Below are positions 8,043 through 14,917 of a DNA stretch of 32,000 nt, one piece after another (position 1 is the first letter of the stretch; the number at the start of each line of letters is the position of its first letter). The translations under genes and the position numbers were made by a program. Source of the stretch: Methylorubrum extorquens (lineage in GTDB: Bacteria > Pseudomonadota > Alphaproteobacteria > Rhizobiales > Beijerinckiaceae); assembly GCA_900234795.1 (NCBI GenBank), contig LT962688.1:3330001-3362000 (forward strand), read 5' to 3'. The notes below the pieces were generated by a model that did no database searches, was not told where the DNA came from, and saw only the letters and a list, made by a program, of their open reading frames with translations.

Positions 8043-9215
8043 TCAGGGCCGCAGCACGACCTTGATGCAGTTGTCCTTCTTGTCCCGGAACGTCCGGTAC
8101 AGCTCGGGGCCCTGCTCCAGCCCGGCCCGGTGGGTGATGACGAAAGAGGGATCGATCTGGCCCTCCTCGATCCGCCGCACGAGGTCGTCGGTCCAGCGGT
8201 TCACGTGGGTCTGCCCGGCGCGGATCGTCAGGCCCTTGTTCATCAACGCGCCCATCGGCATCTTGTCGACGAGGCCGCCATAGACGCCGGGAATCGAGAG
8301 GATGCCGGCGGGACGGCAGACATAGATCATCTCCCGCAGCACCGAGGCGCGATCGCTCTCCAGCATCATCGCCTGCTTCACCCGGTCATAGACCTGCTCG
8401 ACGGCGCGGGGCGAATGCGCCTCCATGCCGACCGCATCGATGCACTTCTCCGGACCCTTGCCGTGGGTCAGCTCGTTCAGGCGCTCGACCACGCTCTCGC
8501 GGCTGTTGTCGATGACGATCGCACCACCCGCCCGCGCCATGTCGAGGCGCTCCGGCACGCTGTCGATGCACACGACCTGCTTGGCGCCGAGCAGGATCGC
8601 CGAGCGGATCGCCATCTGCCCGACCGGGCCTGCGCCCCAGATCGCCACGGTGTCGTGCGGCTGGATGTCGGCCTGCACCGCCGCCTGCCAGCCGGTGGGG
8701 AAGATGTCGCCGAGGAACAGCACCTGCTCGTCGGTGAGCGAATCCGGCACCTTGATATGCGTCTTGTCGGCGAACGGCACCCGGACATATTCCGCCTGCC
8801 CGCCGGGATAGCCGCCGGTGAGATGCGAGTAGCCGAACAGGCCCGCCGTGCCGTGGCCGAACACCTTGGCGGCGAGATCTCGGTTGCGGTTCGAGCGCTC
8901 GCAGACCGAGAAGAAGCCGCGCTTGCACTGGTCGCACTCGCCGCAGATGATCGTGAACGGGATGACGACCCGGTCACCCTTCTTCAGCGCGCCGTTCAGG
9001 CCGCGGCCGGTCTCGACCACCTCGCCCATGAACTCGTGGCCGAGGATGTCGCCCTTCTTCATCGCCGGGATGAAGTGGTCGTAGAGATGGAGGTCCGAGC
9101 CGCAGATGGCGCAGGCGGTGACCTTGATGATCGCGTCGCGATCGTCTTCGATTTCGGGATCGGGAACCGTATCGCAGCGGATGTCCTGGGTGCCGTGCCA
9201 GACGAGGGCTCTCAT
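8043..9215 (-). CDS. zinc-dependent alcohol dehydrogenase family (glutathione-independent formaldehyde-dehydrogenase-like subgroup)
   Basis: ATG at 9215 is preceded by GGGAGAG. MRALVWHG...ACAICGSDLHLY...GHEFMGEVVETG...CGECDQCKRG (catalytic and structural Zn motifs) and a Rossmann motif IWGAGPVG are present. Confidence 0.9.
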   Translation of the reverse strand: MRALVWHGTQDIRCDTVPDPEIEDDRDAIIKVTACAICGSDLHLYDHFIPAMKKGDILGHEFMGEVVETGRGLNGALKKGDRVVIPFTIICGECDQCKRGFFSVCERSNRNRDLAAKVFGHGTAGLFGYSHLTGGYPGGQAEYVRVPFADKTHIKVPDSLTDEQVLFLGDIFPTGWQAAVQADIQPHDTVAIWGAGPVGQMAIRSAILLGAKQVVCIDSVPERLDMARAGGAIVIDNSRESVVERLNELTHGKGPEKCIDAVGMEAHSPRAVEQVYDRVKQAMMLESDRASVLREMIYVCRPAGILSIPGVYGGLVDKMPMGALMNKGLTIRAGQTHVNRWTDDLVRRIEEGQIDPSFVITHRAGLEQGPELYRTFRDKKDNCIKVVLRP

Positions 9216-9461
9216 CGGATCTCTCCCAAGGATTATTTTCGGACACGCGCGAATGCTTGCGCACGCTGCCTGCATATCCACGGGATGGCGGGTTTTGTTT
9301 CGATCTTGATCAATGATGTTTGGAGCTGCTTACAATTGATCGTTTTGCAGCTTCCCGGCGCCTCTTAGAGCCGTATCCGGCCTGATTACCTCAGGCCGGC
9401 GTCTCATGGTCTTTGTGGGAACGCGCATTCTTGCGCCGAACCGGTGACCACTTCGTCGGAA

Positions 9462-9481
9462 AGCGCTTTAGGAGAAGCGCT
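9462..9481 (-). terminator. weak candidate intrinsic terminator after the udgX-like gene
   Basis: On the minus strand, AGCGCTT-ctccta-AAGCGCT followed by TTCC. It starts 5 nt after the stop at 9486-9488. The stem is short and the T-tract poor. Confidence 0.3.
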
Positions 9482-9485
9482 CGCC

Positions 9486-10940
9486 TCACGCCGCGAGGGC
9501 GTTGGCCCGCCGCAGGTCATCGACGAAGGCCTGATAGGCCGCCGCCTTCGCCGCCTCATCGGGCAGGCGCAGCAAGTAGGAGGGGTGGACCGTGATGAAG
9601 CCCGCGAACGGCCGCCCGAACTCGGCGGGGCCGCGGGCGCGGGTGATCGGGATCTGCTTGCCCGTCAGCGACAGCACCGCGGTGGCCCCCAGCGCCACGA
9701 CGAGTTTGGGGGCGACGAAGTCCAGCTCCTTCTCGAGCCACCAGCGGTAATGGCTCACCTCGCCCGCGGTTGGCTTCTCGTGGATGCGGCGCTTGCCGCG
9801 CAGCGTGAATTTGAAGTGCTTGACCGCATTCGTGAGGTAGGCCTCCCCCCGGTCGATCCCCGCATCTTCGAGTGCGCGGGAGAGAAGCTGCCCCGCCGGC
9901 CCGACGAAGGGTTTGCCCTGACGATCCTCCTGATCGCCCGGCTGTTCGCCGACGAAGGCGATCCGCGCGCCGACCGGCCCTTCGCCGAGGACGGCCTGGG
10001 TGGCGCCGGGCACCAGCGGTTCGGAACGGGCGATGATCGCGTTGAGGGCTTCCAGCGAATCCGGCTCGTCCTGGGCCATCTTCGCCACGGCGCGGACGGG
10101 GTCACGCTTGACCGGCATCGTCGGCTCCTTCTCGATCATCGCCTGCGCGCGGGCGCTCGCAGCCCGTACAAGGGCGGGAATCGCGGCCGTCTCCGGCATG
10201 TTCCGCCAGTACTTGCGGGGCATCTCGGCGCGCATGGCATCGAGGTTGAGCCGGGCCGGATTGAAGGTGCTCTCGTAATAGTCGCGCCAACCGGCCTCGA
10301 AGCCGTCGCCCTCCGGCACATCCTCGCGGCGGCCGGGCGGGCCGAAGCAGAGCGTCCCGTCCCAATGCGCCGACCCTTCCGGCGTCAGGATCGACCATGT
10401 CAGCCCACGGAAGCGATCCACGAAGAAGGGCGCGGCGGCCCCCAGGATGTGGTGGTCCGGCTCGAACCACGCCACGAAGCGCTCGGCTCCTTCCCCCGGC
10501 ACCCGGCGGAAACGTAGGAAGGCGTGCATCTTGTGCAGGTCGCGACCGATCGCCTTGCGCATCCGGTGGAGACGGTGGACGAGCGGATCGCTCAGGACAT
10601 CCATCAGCGCCCGCTCGCCGTGCAGGACGCGCCAGAGCAGGGCGTAGAGCAGGCCGTAGCGCTCGGGATCGCGGTGGGGCACCACCATCGGGATCAGCTC
10701 GGTCACCGCGCGGGGAAGCCGCAACGGCGGGCCGTCTACGGAGCCGGACTCGGCGCCGAACAGGCTCGGAGCCTCGGTCTGCCAGACGATGTTTTTCGGC
10801 GGGATCTCGGCCGCGATCAGGCGGCGCGCCGCGGTGCGAAACCCCGACAGATCTGCGCCGGGGGCGAGGCTGATGACATGGATGGCAGCGCATCGCCCTC
10901 CCCCGGCAGAGGCGGGAGAGTTTTGTGCGGGCTCGCCCAT
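9486..10940 (-). CDS. udgX: DUF4130-like N-terminal domain fused to a UdgX-type (family-4-like) uracil-DNA-binding/glycosylase domain
   Basis: ATG at 10940 shares one base with the radical-SAM stop (TGATG). The C-terminal domain carries GEQPGDQED (9936-9950 encodes GEQPG), KRRIH (9780-9794) and HPSYLLR. The N-terminal part, about 250 aa (DPERYGLLYALLWRV...MHAFLRFR...FVAWFEPDHHIL...NPARLNLDAMRAEMP), resembles the TIGR03915/DUF4130 putative DNA repair domain. Confidence 0.85.
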   Translation of the reverse strand: MGEPAQNSPASAGGGRCAAIHVISLAPGADLSGFRTAARRLIAAEIPPKNIVWQTEAPSLFGAESGSVDGPPLRLPRAVTELIPMVVPHRDPERYGLLYALLWRVLHGERALMDVLSDPLVHRLHRMRKAIGRDLHKMHAFLRFRRVPGEGAERFVAWFEPDHHILGAAAPFFVDRFRGLTWSILTPEGSAHWDGTLCFGPPGRREDVPEGDGFEAGWRDYYESTFNPARLNLDAMRAEMPRKYWRNMPETAAIPALVRAASARAQAMIEKEPTMPVKRDPVRAVAKMAQDEPDSLEALNAIIARSEPLVPGATQAVLGEGPVGARIAFVGEQPGDQEDRQGKPFVGPAGQLLSRALEDAGIDRGEAYLTNAVKHFKFTLRGKRRIHEKPTAGEVSHYRWWLEKELDFVAPKLVVALGATAVLSLTGKQIPITRARGPAEFGRPFAGFITVHPSYLLRLPDEAAKAAAYQAFVDDLRRANALAA

Positions 10941-12151
10941 CAGAACAGACTCAACTGCTCGGCCGGCTCCGCGAGCTTGGCCCGCAGATCGAGACGGTCG
11001 GTCAGCGTCGTCGGCCGGAAGTCCTCGGCGATGAGGAAGGGCCGCGCCCGCTTCAGCCCCGAACTCAGCCGGGCCACGTCGTCGAGGCGCAGGCGGCCAT
11101 GGCGGCGCGCCTTGATGATGGCATCGACCGCCCGTGCCCCGAGTCCCGGCACCCGCAGCAGCATCTCGCGGTCGGCGCGGTTCACATCGACGGGAAAACA
11201 GTGGCGGTTCTTGAGCGCCCAGGCGAGCTTGGGGTCGATGTCGAGGGCGAGCATGCCGTCCTCGGAGGCCCCGGCTACGTCGTCGGGGGAGAACTCGTAA
11301 TACCGGATCAGCCAATCGGCCTGATACAGCCGGTGCTCGCGCCGCAGCGGCGGCGCCTGCGGCGGCAGGGCCGTGGAGGCGTCGGGGATCGGGCTGAAGG
11401 CCGAGTAGTAGACGCGCTTGAGGCCGTAGGTGCCGTAGAGCAAAGCGGATTTACGGATCATCGCCTCGTCGGTGGTGGCGTCGGCCCCGACGATCACCTG
11501 CGTCGATTGCCCGGCCGGCGAGAAGCGGCGGCGCTCCTCCTTGGCCTGGACGATGCGCTCGCCGATCTGGCCCATCGCGCTCTCGATCGCCGCGCCGTCC
11601 TTCTCCGGCGCGAGGCGGTTCAGGCTCGCCTCCGTTGGCAGTTCGAGGTTGATCGAGAGCCGGTCGGCGTAGAGCCCCGCCTCCTCGATCAGCCAGGGGC
11701 TCGCCTCGGGGATCGACTTCAGGTGGATGTAGCCGCGAAAACCGTGCTCGCGCCGAAGCTTCTTGGCGACGCGGGTCAGCATCTCCATCGTGTAGTCCGG
11801 CGAGCGGATGATGCCCGAGGAGAGGAACAGCCCCTCGATGTAGTTGCGCTTGTAGAACTCGATCGTCAGCGTCACGACCTCCTCGACCGAGAAGCGCGCG
11901 CGGGCGACGTTCGAGGAGCGCCGGTTCACGCAATAGGCGCAGTCGAACAGGCAATAGTTGGTCAGCAGGATTTTGAGCAGCGAGACGCAGCGCCCGTCCG
12001 GCGTGTAGGCGTGGCAGATGCCGGCGCCCGTGGTCGAGCCGAGCCCGTCCGCGCCGGCCTTGCGCTTGGGCGCACCGGAGGACGCGCAGGAGGCGTCGTA
12101 TTTGGCGGCATCCGCAAGGATGCGCAGCTTGCGCGCGAGCTTCTCGTCCAT
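10940..12151 (-). CDS. putative DNA modification/repair radical SAM protein (TIGR03916-like) with C-terminal helix-hairpin-helix
   Basis: MDEKLARKLRILADAAKYDASC... matches the usual N-terminus of this family. CLFDCAYC (CxxxCxxC) is encoded at 11930-11953. An HhH-like LLRVPGLGARAVDAIIKARR lies near the C-terminus. The alternative GTG at 12208 would run into the osmC terminator. Confidence 0.85.
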   Translation of the reverse strand: MDEKLARKLRILADAAKYDASCASSGAPKRKAGADGLGSTTGAGICHAYTPDGRCVSLLKILLTNYCLFDCAYCVNRRSSNVARARFSVEEVVTLTIEFYKRNYIEGLFLSSGIIRSPDYTMEMLTRVAKKLRREHGFRGYIHLKSIPEASPWLIEEAGLYADRLSINLELPTEASLNRLAPEKDGAAIESAMGQIGERIVQAKEERRRFSPAGQSTQVIVGADATTDEAMIRKSALLYGTYGLKRVYYSAFSPIPDASTALPPQAPPLRREHRLYQADWLIRYYEFSPDDVAGASEDGMLALDIDPKLAWALKNRHCFPVDVNRADREMLLRVPGLGARAVDAIIKARRHGRLRLDDVARLSSGLKRARPFLIAEDFRPTTLTDRLDLRAKLAEPAEQLSLF

Positions 12152-12152
12152 C

Positions 12153-12167
12153 GAACGGAAGATGAAC
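12153..12167 (-). promoter_or_regulatory. candidate alphaproteobacterial LexA (SOS) box, GTTC-N7-GTTC
   Basis: The plus strand reads GAACggaagatGAAC, so the coding strand reads GTTCATCTTCCGTTC, ending 2 nt before the ATG at 12151. A possible -35/-10 (TTGATC at 12186-12181, N16, CATCTT at 12164-12159) overlaps it. Confidence 0.55.
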
Positions 12168-12209
12168 GCACGCGCGCCGGGATCAATGCGGCGCGTTAGC
12201 CTGCGCACC

Positions 12210-12249
12210 GGAAAAGCGCCCTCCCGCCGGCGCAGCGCGACGGGAGGGC
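12210..12249 (-). terminator. rho-independent terminator of osmC
   Basis: On the minus strand, GCCCTCCCG-(14 nt loop)-CGGGAGGGC is followed by GCTTTTCC. The 9-bp GC-rich stem is perfect and starts 10 nt after the osmC stop. Confidence 0.7.
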
Positions 12250-12258
12250 CGGGGCGGC

Positions 12259-12690
12259 TCAGCTCGGGTTCAGCGTCTTGTCGAGGGTGATCTCGGCGTT
12301 GAGGAGCTTCGAGATCGGGCAGCCCTTCTCGGCATTGCCGGCGAGTTCATCGAACTTTGCCCCATCGATGCCGGGGATCACCGCCTTGAGGGTGAGGGCC
12401 GACTTCGTGACCTTGAAGCCGTCGCCGTCCTGCACGAGCGTGACGACCGCCTTGGTGTCCAGCGAGGTCGCCTTGAGGCCGGCGGACTGGAGCTGGAAGG
12501 CGAGCGCCATGGTGAAGCAGCTCGCATGCGCGGCGGCGATCAGCTCTTCCGGATTGGTGCCGGGCTCGTTCTCGAAGCGGGTGTTGAAACCGTACGGATT
12601 GTCCGAGAGCACGCCGGATTGCGTCGTGATCTTGCCCTTGCCGGTCTTGCCGTCGCCTTCCCAGTGGGCGCTCGCGTGGCGGTCGGTCAT
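12259..12690 (-). CDS. osmC: OsmC family peroxiredoxin
   Basis: ATG at 12690 is preceded by GAGGA. HWEGDGKTGKG...TNPEELIAAAHASCFTMAL...EKGCPISKLL contains the two conserved OsmC cysteines. Confidence 0.9.
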   Translation of the reverse strand: MTDRHASAHWEGDGKTGKGKITTQSGVLSDNPYGFNTRFENEPGTNPEELIAAAHASCFTMALAFQLQSAGLKATSLDTKAVVTLVQDGDGFKVTKSALTLKAVIPGIDGAKFDELAGNAEKGCPISKLLNAEITLDKTLNPS

Positions 12691-12775
12691 GCTGTCGTCC
12701 TCGTCGTCTTCAAGCGGAAGCGATCCGCGTGGCCTTCGACGTGGAGCGGTGGACGGTCATGTCGAGGGGCAGCCC

Positions 12776-13411
12776 TCACTCTTGGTTGATGGATGTCTCA
12801 TCCTCGTCTGCTTCGCTGGCGAGCACGGCCTTGGCGAGCGCGTAGGAGAAACCGGCGCGCGCCATGGCGGCGAGATCGCGCTCGCGGTTGGCCTCGCGGG
12901 TTTCCGGCCGGCGATAGGGGCCGAGGCGGCGGCGACGGGCATAAGCAAAGGCCGCCCGCTCCTCGGTATCGGCCTCGCCCTGTTGCGTCCCGGCCGCCTC
13001 GTCCTCCTCGGCGAGGGTCGCCGCGATCGTCTCCCGGTCGATCCCCTTGGCGGCGAGCCGCGCCTGCGCCTGCCGGGTCGAGGTGCCGCGCCGCCTCAGG
13101 CCGCGCAGGCGGGCGGCGGCAAAGCGCGCATCGTCCACGAGCCCGGCCTTCTGCGCGCGGGCGACCGTCTCCTCGATCAGGCCGGCATGCGCGCTCGCAT
13201 CCTCGTCGCGGGAGCGGCAACGCCGATCGATGCGGCGGGCGAGCACCCGGCGCAGCATCTCCGACGAGGCGCCGTAGCGGTCGAGATAATGCGTCGTGAC
13301 CCGTTCCAGCCACGCGGCGGTGACCGGCGGCTCGGGCCTTGCTTCACGTCGCCCATCATGTCGCCCATCTGTTGGGCCATCACGTCGGCTTGAAACGGTT
13401 CGCGCGATCAT
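12776..13411 (-). CDS. recX: RecA regulator RecX
   Basis: WLERVTTHYLDRYGASSEMLRRVL...GLVDDARFAAARLRGLRRRGTSTRQAQARLAAKGIDRETI...RERDLAAMARAGFSYALAKAVL shows three-helix repeats typical of RecX. ATG at 13411. Confidence 0.85.
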   Translation of the reverse strand: MIARTVSSRRDGPTDGRHDGRREARPEPPVTAAWLERVTTHYLDRYGASSEMLRRVLARRIDRRCRSRDEDASAHAGLIEETVARAQKAGLVDDARFAAARLRGLRRRGTSTRQAQARLAAKGIDRETIAATLAEEDEAAGTQQGEADTEERAAFAYARRRRLGPYRRPETREANRERDLAAMARAGFSYALAKAVLASEADEDETSINQE

Positions 13412-13455
13412 TCGTTCTTCACGATCCGGACAGGTTTTCGATTCATGAATCTTGG

Positions 13456-14916
13456 ATGGATCGCACGCGATTTCGAGGGCTCCGCCGCCGCATGGTGGCC
13501 ACGCTCATGAGGCGCGAATGGCTCTACGTGCTGCTGGCCCTCGGGTTCGCGGCCGTGGCCGGCCTCGTCGTGACCCTATCACGCCCCACGCTGCTCACGG
13601 TGGCGGTCGGCCCGCGCGACGGGGTTGAAGCGGGGCTGATCGAAACCTATGCGCGGGCGCTGACCCGCAATCACGAGGACGTGCGCCTGAAGGTCGCGCC
13701 CTTCGACGACGTCCGCGACAGCGCCGCCGCTCTGGAGCAGGGCCGCGCCGATCTCGCCGTGGTGCGGCCCGATGTGAAGCTGCCGGATAACGGCCTGACG
13801 CTGGCCATCCTCCACGACGAGGCGCTGATCGTCGCCGCACCGGAAGCCAACGGGATCGAGAGTTTTTCGGATCTCTCGACCCGGCGCCTCGGCGTCGTCA
13901 CGCGCCACGAGGCCGACCTGCCGGTGCTGACGAGCCTGCTCGATTTCTACGACTTCAAGGCGGCCCCGGAAGACGAGGCGCTCGCCAGCGACGCGCTCGC
14001 GGCGGGACGCATCGGCCTCGTGCCGCTCAAGGCCACCGAGATCACCGCGGCGCTGGAGGGCAAGCGGGTCGATGCGGTGGCGATCATCGCCTCGCCCACC
14101 GCCAAGCCGGCGCAGGCGATGCTGCGGGCGGTCGAGGCGGCTTCGCCCGAGCGCAAGGTCACGCTCGTCAGCGTACCGGACGGGAAGGCGATCGTGCAGC
14201 GCGTGCCGACGCTCCAGGCCGTCACCCTGTCGGCGGGCACCTTCGGCGGGCGGCCGAAGCGCCCGGAAGAGGATGTCGAGACGGTGGGCGTCTCCTACCG
14301 GCTGATGGCCCGCGGCGCGGTGAGCCGCGTCGCCGTCGCCTCCGTGGTGCAGCACCTGTTCGAGTGGCGCTCCCGCCTCGCGGCCGCCGCCCCAATCTCG
14401 CATCAGATGAAGCCGCCGGACTACGACACCACCGTCACGGCGACGAGTGCGCAGCTTCCCAACCATCCCGGCGCGGTGGATTATTTCGAGCGCGAGCAGC
14501 AGACCTTCCTCGATCGCTACGAGGACTGGATCTACCTGTTCGCCTTCTTCGGCGGCACGCTGGGCTCGGGCGTCGCGTGGCTCGGCCAGCGCCTCGCCCG
14601 CAAGCGGCGCGAGCGCATCGACATCGTCCTCGACCGCCTGCTCGACATCCTGGCCGAGGCCCGCGAGGCGCAATCGGCGGCAGCCCTCGACACGCTCACC
14701 CGCGAGACGGACGCGCTGATCACCGACGTGGTGCGCCAAGCCCGCGAGCGCAGCATCGATTCGCGGATGATCAGTGCGCTGATCCTCGCCATCGACGCGG
14801 TGAACGGCGCCCTCGACGACGGTCGCCGCGCCTTCGAACCCAGCGCCGATCCGAACACCGGCAGCCGGGCGCGCACGGCGCGGCTGCTGTCGCTGAGCCT
14901 GCCGGCCGCGGAATAG
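13456..14916 (+). CDS. TAXI-like (NMT1/PhnD-type) solute-binding-fold protein with N- and C-terminal membrane segments
   Basis: An N-terminal TM (WLYVLLALGFAAVAGLVV) is followed by a binding-protein-like core (LEQGRADLAVVRPDV...). A second TM follows (WIYLFAFFGGTLGSGVAWLG), then a charged helical tail. The start is ambiguous (ATG at 13456, 13492 or 13507). Confidence 0.55.
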   Translation: MDRTRFRGLRRRMVATLMRREWLYVLLALGFAAVAGLVVTLSRPTLLTVAVGPRDGVEAGLIETYARALTRNHEDVRLKVAPFDDVRDSAAALEQGRADLAVVRPDVKLPDNGLTLAILHDEALIVAAPEANGIESFSDLSTRRLGVVTRHEADLPVLTSLLDFYDFKAAPEDEALASDALAAGRIGLVPLKATEITAALEGKRVDAVAIIASPTAKPAQAMLRAVEAASPERKVTLVSVPDGKAIVQRVPTLQAVTLSAGTFGGRPKRPEEDVETVGVSYRLMARGAVSRVAVASVVQHLFEWRSRLAAAAPISHQMKPPDYDTTVTATSAQLPNHPGAVDYFEREQQTFLDRYEDWIYLFAFFGGTLGSGVAWLGQRLARKRRERIDIVLDRLLDILAEAREAQSAAALDTLTRETDALITDVVRQARERSIDSRMISALILAIDAVNGALDDGRRAFEPSADPNTGSRARTARLLSLSLPAAE

Positions 14917-14917
14917 G

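Noticed and set aside
9252-9273. Possible sigma-54 (-24 GG / -12 GC) promoter upstream of the ADH (minus strand aGGCAGcgtgcgcaaGCa)
   Set aside because: The GG-to-GC spacing does not match TGGCAC-N5-TTGC when counted base by base, and no enhancer-binding-protein gene lies nearby.
7704-9368. 554-aa plus-strand ORF covering the ADH locus
   Set aside because: It is antisense to an unmistakable Zn-ADH (GHE, Zn-Cys motifs, Rossmann fold). The translation is low-complexity and Arg/Asp/Leu-rich, and it spans an intergenic hairpin region.
10941-11315. 125-codon N-terminal extension of the udgX-like ORF (track ORF 9486-11315)
   Set aside because: It would overlap the 3' end of the radical-SAM gene by 375 nt in another frame and is Arg/Pro-rich. 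The ATG at 10940 gives a classic one-base stop/start overlap.
12152-12208. Alternative GTG start at 12208 for the radical-SAM gene
   Set aside because: It would begin 2 nt from the osmC terminator T-tract, leaving no promoter space. It would also put the GTTC-N7-GTTC box inside the coding sequence. Family members I recall start close to the ...KL..LADAAKYD.SC block. It cannot be fully excluded without transcription-start or proteomic data.
13398-13417. GTTC-N12-GTTC direct repeat at the recX start, considered as a second SOS box
   Set aside because: The spacing is 12 rather than 7 nt, and it overlaps the first codons of recX. It does not fit the alphaproteobacterial LexA motif.
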